Shown: piece by piece, positions 56,213 through 64,000 of the stretch | Layout: every line of letters begins with the position of its first letter | How positions within the stretch are numbered: the stretch's first letter is position 1 | Origin: Candidatus Dormiibacterota bacterium | Lineage (GTDB): Bacteria; Chloroflexota; Dormibacteria; Aeolococcales; Aeolococcaceae | Length of the DNA stretch: 64,000 bases | NCBI GenBank assembly: GCA_963768105.1 | Contig: CAVYGR010000008.1 | Location: 233,023-297,022 of the forward strand | Reading direction: 5' to 3' | Notes under the pieces: model-generated | Told to the model about the DNA's origin: nothing | What the model saw: the letters and a program-made list of their open reading frames with translations, nothing else | The model's database searches: none | Made by a program: the position numbers and the translations under genes

Positions 56213-58148
56213 ATGACTGGCAAGACAGGGCGTTGGGCCACGCTGGCTGCGGCGCTCCCGCTCGCGGTGGGGGTGCTCGCGATCCAGTCAGGAGGCAGCA
56301 CCTCGGGAAGCGGCAGCCCAAGCGTGGCGCAGGCGGCCGGTCTCCACCTGAGCGCCATGCAGACGCGTTTGCTCTCCGCCACCTCGCAGCAGGCGTTGAC
56401 CGCCTTGGGCGTCCTCGGCCATGCCGGCGCCAAGTCGAGTGGGCGCAGCGACATCGCGAACGGCGCGGCAGGTGCGCACGTTGGCGGGGTGGTCTCGGCG
56501 AGTACGGGGTCGGTCTTCCCCAACGCGTCGGGCAGCTGCGAAACCCACTCCGGGAACAACGTCAGGGTGAACACCGCGTGCACCAACTACGCCGACATCG
56601 CTCTGAACGGACGTTCCATGGCTCAGAACGAGACGGCCATCGCTGTCAGTCCGACCAACCCCAACAACGTGATCGCCTCCGCCAACGACTACTCGCGGGG
56701 TGACGGCAACTGCGGGTCCTACTACAGCCTCAACGGCGGGAAGACCTGGAACGGCACGACCGCCCCGATGGGCTTCGTCAATGGCTCTTCGCTGACCCCG
56801 TCGAGCGGCCACCCGCGTGAGTATTGGCAGGCCGGCGGCGACACCAGCGTTGCCTTCGACAGCAAGGGAACCGCGTTCCTGCAATGCCAGGTCTTCAACC
56901 GCGGCGCGGGCACCGCCCAGGATCCTGACATGAGCAGCGGCGTGCTCATCTTCCGCTCCGCCAACGGCGGCGCCAGCTGGGACTTCCCTGGCCGCGTCGC
57001 GGTGAGCTCGTACGAATCGAGCGCCGCCTTTCCCAATGGTGTCGTGCTGCATGACAAACCACTGTTCACGATCGATAACCGCGTCGGCAGCCCGTTTCAG
57101 GACCGGATCGACCTCAGTTGGACCCTGTTCTCGACTGATAACAGCGCGTACATCTATGAGGTCCACTCGGCCGACGGCGGAGAGACCGGAGTTCGCCCGT
57201 GGTCGTCAGCGCCACCAGCGCGGCCTGCACGAACACGTTCGGCGTTCCCACCGCTCACGGCACCTGCAACGAAAATCAGTTCAGCGATCCCTTCGTGGGC
57301 TCCGACGGCTCGCTGTACGTGGCCTACGACAACTACAACAACCAGCCCCTCAGCGGCACCGGCAATCAGTACCAGGTCCTGCTGGCCAAGTCCACCGATG
57401 GGGGCGCCACGTTCTCGGCTCCCGTCAAGGTCTCCGACTTCTATGACCTGCCCGATTGCGCCACGTACACCGGCCAGGACGCCGGCCGTTCGTGCGTGGT
57501 GGACAAGAGCTCCATCCAGAACAGCGCTTCCGTGCCACCAACTACCCGTCCGGAGCGGTTGATCCGACCAACTCGAGCCATGTGATCATCGACTTCGGCA
57601 GCTACATCAACAAGAACTCGCAGGAGAGCGGCGGCTGCGCCCCGAGCGGGTTCAGCGCCTTCGGCAACCCGACATACAGTGGCGCGACGACCGTCTGCAA
57701 CAACCAGATCCTGCGGGCAACGAGTACCAACGGCGGCGCCACCTTCGGCAGTACGGATCCGCGCCTGCTCCCGACCGTCGCCACGCAGAAGAAGGTGGCC
57801 GATGAGTACTGGCAGTGGACCGGGTTCACGAGCGCCGGCGTCGCCGTGGGCGGCTTCTACGACCGCCAGTACGGCTCCGATGAGACCTCGGGCGCCAGTG
57901 ACTATTCGGCCGCGTGGGCAGCCCACGTGCTCCGGGTGACCACCGTCTCCCTGCCGCCACCCTCGGAATTCGCGGGCGTGTTCAACGGCGACTACAACAC
58001 CCTTGCCGTGTCCGGGAGCACGGCGCACTTCACGTGGTCGGACACGCGCAACCCCGGGGTCACGAGCTGCCCCGGCAACGTCGACGCGATCTGCACGTTC
58101 GGCAATGACGAGGACGACTACACAGCGAGCGTGGTGCTCGGGCCGTAA
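56213..58148 (+). pseudogene. Secreted BNR/Asp-box (sialidase-like) beta-propeller protein with two single-nt frame breaks (about 57188 and 57526)
   Basis: GGGAGG lies 5 nt before ATG 56213, followed by a signal peptide. Asp-box-like motifs are SLNGGKTW, SANGGASW, STDGGATF and STNGGATF. The three pieces are ORFs 56174..57562, 57199..57585 and 57456..58148. Confidence 0.65.
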
Positions 58149-58172
58149 GCACCTGCTGCACAGCTGACGAGG

Positions 58173-58202
58173 AGGAGGGCCGCCGTTCGAGGCGGCCCTC
58201 CT
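58173..58202. terminator. Candidate bidirectional intrinsic terminator between convergent genes
   Basis: AGGAGGGCCGCC (58173-58184), loop GTTCGA, then GGCGGCCCTCCT (58191-58202). This is a perfect 12-bp GC-rich stem followed by TCGTTTCT. Confidence 0.5.
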
Positions 58203-58239
58203 TCGTTTCTCCCCCTTCAGCGGAACTCTGGATTCCGGA

Positions 58240-59112
58240 TCACCACCTCTCGATGAGCGTTTGGAGATTCGTGCCGGTGAAGTAGTAGCCGGTAGCCATG
58301 CAGAAGCTCGTGCTGACGCAGCTCATGCCGAAGAGGTCGTTGTCCTCGGTAGTGCTGGTGTCGGGGGAGCTGACGATGCTCCAGCTGGTCCCGTTCCACC
58401 GCTCGATCAGGGTCTGGTCGTTCGAGCCGTTGCCGGCGCGGTACGTCGCCATGCAGAAGCTCGTGCTGATGCAGCTGACGCCGTTGAGGTCGTTGTTCTG
58501 GGTGGTGCTGGTGTTGGGCGAGCTGACGATGCTCCAGGTGCTCCCGTTCCACCGCTCGATCAGGGTTTGATCGTTCGAGCCGTTGGAGTAGTTGCCGGCG
58601 GCCATGCAGAAACCCTTGCTGACGCAGCTCACTCCGTTGAGGAAGTTGATCTCGATGCTGCTGGTGTTGGGCGAGCTGACCAGGCTCCAGCTGCTCCCGT
58701 TCCACCTCTCGGTGAGGGTCTGGAGGCTCGTCCCGTTGTTGTACCCGCCGGTGGCAAAGCAGAAGCTCGTGCTGGTGCAGCTCACGGTGTTGAGGCCGTT
58801 GTCCTGGGTGCTGCTGGTGTTGGGGGAGGTGACGAGGCTCCAGCTGCTCCCGTTCCACCTCTCGATCAGGGTCTGGTTGTGCGTCCCGTTGGAGTATTCG
58901 CCGGCGGCGAAGCAGAAGCTCGTGCTCTTGCAACTGACGCCATAGAGGAAGTTGTCCTCAGTGGTACTGGTGTTGTACGAGCTGACCACGCTCCAGCTGC
59001 TGCCCTTCCACTGCTCGATCAGGGTCTGGTAATTCGTGCCGTTGAAGTAGTCGCCGACGGCGATGCAGAAACTCGTGCTCAGGCAGCGCACGCCAAACGT
59101 CTCCCGGCTCAT
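58240..59112 (-). CDS. Cys-rich protein made of 5.5 tandem 51-aa repeats, no signal peptide (propeller-like, family unknown)
   Basis: GGAGGAGG lies 6 nt before ATG 59112. The repeat consensus is VSC.STSFC.A.G.Y.NG.N.QTLIERWNGSSWS.V.SPNTS...N.L.G. Period is 51 aa, which is 153 nt. Confidence 0.7.
   Translation of the reverse strand: MSRETFGVRCLSTSFCIAVGDYFNGTNYQTLIEQWKGSSWSVVSSYNTSTTEDNFLYGVSCKSTSFCFAAGEYSNGTHNQTLIERWNGSSWSLVTSPNTSSTQDNGLNTVSCTSTSFCFATGGYNNGTSLQTLTERWNGSSWSLVSSPNTSSIEINFLNGVSCVSKGFCMAAGNYSNGSNDQTLIERWNGSTWSIVSSPNTSTTQNNDLNGVSCISTSFCMATYRAGNGSNDQTLIERWNGTSWSIVSSPDTSTTEDNDLFGMSCVSTSFCMATGYYFTGTNLQTLIERW
58240..59112. repeat. 153-bp tandem coding repeat array (about 5.5 units)
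   Basis: The periodicity shows on both strands. The antisense ORF 58298..58570 repeats MQKLVL.QL exactly 51 codons apart. Confidence 0.7.
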
Positions 59113-59249
59113 ATGGCACCTCCTCCGCGAGCCGGATACTACTCTTCGGAAGTAGCTCTCTCAAGAGAAGCAAGAGAGCGGTCCCACATCGCGACCGCCC
59201 TCTTGTTGTGCCCTGTTCGCAGCGTCAGCAGGTCAAGGTTTTTGGCTGC

Positions 59250-60560
59250 TCAGCTGAACGTGAAGACGCGCTTGGTGACGTCGTGGAACGAGTTGCCGTG
59301 CCGCGACGCCGTCACGTTGTCATTGACCCCCAGCCAGATGCCGTAGTGATCATCGAAGATCACGTTGTTCGAGATCGTGACGTGCACCGGCACACTGCCA
59401 GAGAACACCAGGATCCCCGTGGTCAGGAAGTCCTGTGCGGGCGGTCCATCGAGCGGGTCGCCGGGGACCGCGGGGCTGCCGACGTTGTTGCGGCCGATGA
59501 TGTTGCCGATGATGCGGTTGCCGCTCAGATCTTCGAACAGCCCTGGTGCAGGAAGCGTGTGCGCATGCATGGTCACGCCGGACAGCTGATTGCCGGCGAT
59601 GTAGTTGCCTTCGACGAGGTTGTCGTAGGAGGCGGTTCCCGGACCGGCGTTGGCGAAGAGCACGCCCGCACCCTCCCCCAGCAATCCGTTGTTGGTGATG
59701 CGATTGTCTCGAATAATGTTCTCGTAGACGCCCGCGACCAGGGGCTGCGGCTTGCCGCTTGCATCGAGCGCAAACGGGTTATGGCCGGGGACCGTCACGC
59801 CGCAGTCGAAGGGGTTGCCCGTGATCGTGTTGTGCTGAATGAGGTTGCCATGCGTCGGCCCGAACTCATCCGTGAGCAGGATGCCACCCTCGTTGGCGCT
59901 GCTGTAATTGCCCTCGACCACGGAGTCGGCGACACCCATCAGATGGATGCCTTCACCGCAGTCGCCGGGAATCTGTCCGGACGCGCGGCATTCCGGATAT
60001 GGCGACGTGGTGGACGGGGGAATCCCGCCCCGGTTGTTACCGACCACGCGATTGTCATTGATGGTCACGTCGCTGATGGATCCGCCGGTAAGCGTGCCGG
60101 TGGCGAGGATGCCCTCGCCGACCGCGCCCGTGACGGTGAAACCCTCAACCACGACGTGTGAGCTCCGGATGGTCACCCCGGCGAGGCACGGAGCGATGCC
60201 CGGGCCCATGGGTCCGAGTTGATCGCACAGGAACGTCGTCGTCGGGGTTCCGTTGATCGTGGCGTCGCGGCCCTTCAGCGTGAGCGGGGCGGACACCACG
60301 ACGTCCTCCGTATAGGTTCCCTTGCACACAATCACGGTGGCCCACTTCGGGGCCGCGGTCACCGCAGCCTGGATGGTGCTGTACCGGGCGGTATCGCACG
60401 ATCCTCCCGGATTGCCCGGGGCTCCCAGGGGCGACACGAAGATGGCGCCCTTGTCGTGGTCGCCGGTGCTGGCTGAGGCCGCACCGAGGTTCTGAGCGGC
60501 GCCAACGCCGGCGAGCAGCCCAGCCGCCAGCACGACGCGAGCAATTCTCGTAGCTTCCAT
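59250..60560 (-). CDS. Secreted right-handed parallel beta-helix repeat protein (NosD/pectate-lyase-fold)
   Basis: AAGGGGG lies 5 nt before ATG 60560. The signal peptide is MEATRIARVVLAAGLLAGVGAAQNLGAASA. Repeated motifs such as NNRIIGNIIGRN, NYIAGNQLSG and NIIRDNRITNNG are typical of PbH1 repeats. Confidence 0.75.
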   Translation of the reverse strand: MEATRIARVVLAAGLLAGVGAAQNLGAASASTGDHDKGAIFVSPLGAPGNPGGSCDTARYSTIQAAVTAAPKWATVIVCKGTYTEDVVVSAPLTLKGRDATINGTPTTTFLCDQLGPMGPGIAPCLAGVTIRSSHVVVEGFTVTGAVGEGILATGTLTGGSISDVTINDNRVVGNNRGGIPPSTTSPYPECRASGQIPGDCGEGIHLMGVADSVVEGNYSSANEGGILLTDEFGPTHGNLIQHNTITGNPFDCGVTVPGHNPFALDASGKPQPLVAGVYENIIRDNRITNNGLLGEGAGVLFANAGPGTASYDNLVEGNYIAGNQLSGVTMHAHTLPAPGLFEDLSGNRIIGNIIGRNNVGSPAVPGDPLDGPPAQDFLTTGILVFSGSVPVHVTISNNVIFDDHYGIWLGVNDNVTASRHGNSFHDVTKRVFTFS

Positions 60561-60716
60561 AGATGCCCCCTTTGGCGCTGGGCGGAGCCCTCCCAGCCAT
60601 GCAGCTTGACGATCAAACGTCCCGCGCCCCACGAGACCGTGAGAAGGGTAGCGCTTCGATGGGGCGGCCGGGAAGCTACCGCGACAGCGCGGACGCTGCC
60701 CCGACCAATGGTGAAG

Positions 60717-62969
60717 CTACGCGCTGAACTCCACGGCGACGCCCATCCCCGCGTGGCCCGGACCGCCGACGATCGCGAGCAACCCGGAGATGGCGACGGC
60801 GACACCGAAGCGATCACCGGCCTTGCTGCCCGTCCCCTCCAGGAGTTCGGCCGCCTGCGTCCATGACCCGCCCGACTGCTGGCTGAAGAGGTAGGCAGTG
60901 CCGATGCCACCGTGACCAGGCGCGCCGATCACCGCCGTTGCACCCGAGATGCCGACCGCGGCGCCGAAGTTGTCGCCCGCAACCGTGTCGGAACCTGCCA
61001 CTTCTGAGGCCTGCGACCAGGTGCCGCCGGAGTTGCTGAACATGTACGCCTTGCCGCCGCCGTGCCCTGGCGCCCCGACGACCGCAAGCGTTCCGGAGAC
61101 CGATACGGCAGTGCCGAAGGTGTCGCCGGTGCTGGTATCGGAGCCGGTCACCTCGGCCGACTGCGCCCACGAGTCGCCCGTCTCAACGAACACGTACGCG
61201 CTGCCCGTGCCGCCGTGGCCCGGCGCCCCGACAACCGCGGTGGTGCCCGAGATCGACACCGAGGCGCCGAAGTTGTCGCCGGTCGAGGTGTCGCCACCCT
61301 GCAGTTCGGCAAGCTGCGACCAGGTGGTGCCGGTCTCGCTGAACACGTAGGCGCTGCCCTTGCCGCCGTGACCGGGCGCGCCGACGATGGCGAGCGTCCC
61401 GTCCAAGGACACCGATGCGCCGAAGCGATCACCGGACGCGGTGTCGGCGCCCTGCAGCTCGGACGGCCGCTCGTAGACGTAGTTGCCGCCCGCGCGGACG
61501 GCCGCCTGCGTGAAGGGCGCGTTCAGCGTCTGCGGGAAGACATAGGCGCTGCCCATGCCGGCGTGGCCGGGCGCGCCGGCCAGCACCGTGGTGCCGGACA
61601 TCGAGATCGCCGCGCCGAAGTTGTCGCCGGCCGTGGTGTCGGCGGCTTCGAGCCCGATGTTCGGATGCCAGGGCGGTGGCGCAGGAAACAGGTAGGCCCG
61701 ACCGGCACCGTCGTGGCCGGGACCGCCGGCGACCGCGCCGAAGGTCGAAACGGCCACCGCGGAGCCGGTGCTGTCGCCCGTGTTGCTGTCGGCGTTGGCC
61801 AGATCGGCGACCTGCTGCCATGTGTTCCCGGAGGTGTTGTTGAAGACGAACGCGCTGCCGACGGCACCGTGATCCGGCGCGCCGACGATGAGCGTGGCGC
61901 CCGAGATGCCGACTGCCCGGTTCGTGAAGAAGTCGCCACCCTCCTTGCCCGACGGAATGACCGTGGCGGTGAGCGTCCCGGAGCTGGTGTACACGTATGC
62001 CTTGCCGTTGTTGCCGGACGCGTTGACCGCGCCCACGACCACGGTGTTCCCCGAGACGGCGGCCGACGAACCGAGATCGGCGACGGCGGGGAGCGCGGTC
62101 TGGACCCATGCACCGCCCGACTGGTTGTACACGTAGGCGTACCCCGTCTTCGTCGACCACGAGCCGACGGCGGCGACGGTGCCGTCGATGGCCACGGCCT
62201 GGCCGAAGTCATGCACGCCACCACCCACACCGGAGAGCGTGGCGGTCTTCGCCCAGGTGCCGGTGTTGGTGAAGATGAAGGCGTTGCCGGTCTTGGTGGG
62301 GACGCCGGGGGCACCGACGATCGCGTTCGTGCCCGAGATCCCCACCGCATAGCCGAAGTACCCGAGCGCGACGGAGCCGTTCAGCTCCGCCGCCTGCGAC
62401 CACGTGCCGCCGGTGTCGTTGAAGACGTACGCGCTGCCGGCGACCCCGGCGTGGGCGGGCGCGCCGACGATCGCGTTGCTGCCGTCGACACCCACCGAGC
62501 TGCCGAACCAGTCGCCCGCTGTGTTGTCGGAACCGTGGAGCTCCGTCGTCTGCGACCACGTGCCGCCCGAATCGGTGAAGACGTAGGCGCTCCCCGCGTA
62601 GTTGCCATTGGCTGAGTGGCCCGGCGCCCCGACCACCGCGATCGTGCCCGAGAGCGCCACGGAGAAGCCGAAGGTGTCACCCGCGGCGGTGTTGGAACCG
62701 ACCAGCGTCGCCGTCTTACTCCACGTGCCGCCGGAGAGGGTGTAGACGTAGACACGGCCGGAGGCGTCGTCGATGGCGGGCTCACCGACCAGCAGCATCG
62801 ACCCCGACACCGCCACGGCGGCGCCGGCGTAGTCACACGAGCAGGACGCGTATTTGCCCGTCTGGGAACCGAGCGCCGTCGCCGCCCGGGCCGGCGCACT
62901 CGTCACGGCGAGCAACGACATCGGCGCCACAACGAGCATCGACGCACTGACCAATCGAAAACCGCGCAC
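60717..62969 (-). CDS. Secreted FG-GAP/integrin-alpha-like repeat protein (about 14 repeats)
   Basis: GAGGGGG lies 6 nt before GTG 62969, followed by a signal peptide ending PARAA. The repeat unit is GD.FG.SV..SG.T.VVGAPGH.G.GSAYVF...GG.WSQ..EL.GSDT. Confidence 0.8.
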   Translation of the reverse strand: MRGFRLVSASMLVVAPMSLLAVTSAPARAATALGSQTGKYASCSCDYAGAAVAVSGSMLLVGEPAIDDASGRVYVYTLSGGTWSKTATLVGSNTAAGDTFGFSVALSGTIAVVGAPGHSANGNYAGSAYVFTDSGGTWSQTTELHGSDNTAGDWFGSSVGVDGSNAIVGAPAHAGVAGSAYVFNDTGGTWSQAAELNGSVALGYFGYAVGISGTNAIVGAPGVPTKTGNAFIFTNTGTWAKTATLSGVGGGVHDFGQAVAIDGTVAAVGSWSTKTGYAYVYNQSGGAWVQTALPAVADLGSSAAVSGNTVVVGAVNASGNNGKAYVYTSSGTLTATVIPSGKEGGDFFTNRAVGISGATLIVGAPDHGAVGSAFVFNNTSGNTWQQVADLANADSNTGDSTGSAVAVSTFGAVAGGPGHDGAGRAYLFPAPPPWHPNIGLEAADTTAGDNFGAAISMSGTTVLAGAPGHAGMGSAYVFPQTLNAPFTQAAVRAGGNYVYERPSELQGADTASGDRFGASVSLDGTLAIVGAPGHGGKGSAYVFSETGTTWSQLAELQGGDTSTGDNFGASVSISGTTAVVGAPGHGGTGSAYVFVETGDSWAQSAEVTGSDTSTGDTFGTAVSVSGTLAVVGAPGHGGGKAYMFSNSGGTWSQASEVAGSDTVAGDNFGAAVGISGATAVIGAPGHGGIGTAYLFSQQSGGSWTQAAELLEGTGSKAGDRFGVAVAISGLLAIVGGPGHAGMGVAVEFSA

Positions 62970-63102
62970 GTGCTACCCCCTCGAGCGCCTTCCTGACGTG
63001 GAGCGAGCATAGCAGGCTTCGAGAAGGTGCGTTTGCAACCGGCTTCAGGCGTGGTTCAGCGCCCGGTCAAGCCAGTCGCAGATTGCCCTCAGAGGCGAAT
63101 GG

Positions 63103-64000
63103 TCAGGTGGGATCGCTCGGGTCGGGGGGCGCTTTGGCGACCGCCTGCAGCTCGGCGGCCGAGACCGGCGTCATGGTGAGATGGACCGGCGACAGGGGCG
63201 TCTGCGCGTAGTTGAAGCTCGCGCTGTAGTCATACGCGGCAGCATCCTTGGCGGCCAGGGGCGGCAGGCTGAACGCGTTCTCCGTGAACTTGAGTATCGA
63301 TGCGAACGATGCGACGTTCGAGTCGGTCGTGCCGGCCTTGGCGAATGGGCTGATGATGATCATCGGGACCCTGATACCGAAGCCCGCGGGCGGAGGGACA
63401 TGGTCGTAGAAGCAGCCGCAGTCGTCCCATGTGAGGAACACCGCCGTCGACGACCACTCGGGGCCCGTCTCGATCGCGTTGAGGACCTGCCCCAGCCAGT
63501 TGTCGCCGACCGTCATCGAGTCGCTGTTGTGCTGCGAGTTCGCCTGTGTGGGGGTCACCACCGCGAAGTTTGGCAGCGTGCCATTGGTGGCGTCGCTGAT
63601 CACCTGACTGTTGGCGACCATATTCGATCCCTGATTCGTGTCCAGGCATTCCGCGAACGTCGGGCAGATGGCCCAGCCGTATCCGCTTTGGTTCGACGGG
63701 AGGCCGTTCGGCAGGCCCACGTACATCTTCCAGCTCATGCCCGCTGCGTCGAGGCGATCCATGATGGTGGGAACGTACGGAACCGGTGTCGCACGGTAGG
63801 CGCCGCCAAACGGGTACGTGGTGGGATTGAGGGAGGGATCCGGCACGCACGCCGGCACGTTCACCGATTTGCCCGCCGAGGAGGTCCAGCCGGTGTCCAT
63901 GCCGGAATTGCAGCCCCATCCCGGTCCGAGCACACCCTTGGACCCGGGGTGCGGCGTCCCGCCGCTGCTGAAACCATCCATGGTCGCGGTCACCGACTCG
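63103..64000 (-). CDS. Phosphoesterase-family protein (phospholipase C/acid phosphatase AcpA type), 5' end outside window
   Basis: [37 protein letters not shown] matches the phosphoesterase (PF04185-type) core. The reading frame is open to the window end. Confidence 0.75.
   Translation of the reverse strand, partial: ESVTATMDGFSSGGTPHPGSKGVLGPGWGCNSGMDTGWTSSAGKSVNVPACVPDPSLNPTTYPFGGAYRATPVPYVPTIMDRLDAAGMSWKMYVGLPNGLPSNQSGYGWAICPTFAECLDTNQGSNMVANSQVISDATNGTLPNFAVVTPTQANSQHNSDSMTVGDNWLGQVLNAIETGPEWSSTAVFLTWDDCGCFYDHVPPPAGFGIRVPMIIISPFAKAGTTDSNVASFASILKFTENAFSLPPLAAKDAAAYDYSASFNYAQTPLSPVHLTMTPVSAAELQAVAKAPPDPSDPT

Noticed and set aside
58261-59346. 361-aa plus-strand ORF antisense to the 153-bp-repeat gene
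   Set aside because: Its repeats (HAEARADAA...) are simply the reverse-frame image of the minus-strand repeat protein. The minus-strand gene has a strong Shine-Dalgarno sequence and a far more protein-like composition.
61062-62615. 517-aa plus-strand ORF antisense to the FG-GAP repeat gene
   Set aside because: Its periodic Arg/Gly/Ala-rich translation mirrors the repeats of the true minus-strand gene. It has no start context.
58240-62969. Regularly spaced repeats considered as a possible CRISPR array
   Set aside because: The periodicities of 153 bp and about 140-150 bp lie within long ORFs that encode protein repeats. There are no short, identical direct repeats separated by unique spacers, and no cas genes.

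Overview
High-GC bacterial chromosomal segment. Spot counts of single 60-nt lines give about 67% G+C or more outside one island; this was not computed window-wide. Gene content suggests a Gram-positive-type soil lineage (Actinomycetota- or Chloroflexota-like), but it cannot be assigned from sequence alone. I see four blocks. (A) 1-24.4 kb: a roughly 24-kb minus-strand Wzx/Wzy glycan operon of 23 tightly coupled genes. It is headed by an atypical OmpR-type response regulator and a NusG/RfaH-like paralog. It also encodes heptose activation (GmhA, HddA-type kinase), an orphan RmlC cupin coupled to a SAF-domain oxidoreductase, a sulfotransferase, two CelD/FemAB-fold acyltransferases, five GT-B glycosyltransferases, two phosphoglycosyl transferases (one with a degenerate active site), GalU, GalE, PCP, Wzy and Wzx. 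(B) 24.8-38.9 kb: a GH5 hydrolase, a truncated HlyD-like protein, and three paralogous class III nucleotide cyclase-STAND/AAA ATPase-TPR genes. One paralog is intact, one has two frame breaks and one is shattered. They bracket a small zinc-ribbon gene and two tandem secreted RCC1-repeat propellers. (C) 39.0-55.2 kb: a second polysaccharide locus. A DSP-type phosphatase lies divergent from a Wzz/BY-kinase fusion, followed by a WbaP-like transferase and then a visibly A/T-richer cassette of about 10 kb. The cassette holds an IS21 element (inverted repeats, 5-bp target duplication), broken GT4, Wzx-like, GT26 and GDP-mannose-3,5-epimerase-like genes, and intact Wzy-like and GT4 genes. A DUF4012-type protein closes the locus. 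(D) 55.4-64 kb: a cluster of secreted or repeat proteins, namely a BNR/sialidase-like propeller, a Cys-rich protein built from 153-bp tandem repeats, a parallel beta-helix protein, a roughly 14-repeat FG-GAP protein and a phosphoesterase. I recognised no rRNA, tRNA or CRISPR. A pervasive feature is several dozen single-nucleotide frame breaks, clustered in paralogous, repetitive or compositionally atypical genes. These are either consensus errors or recent decay.
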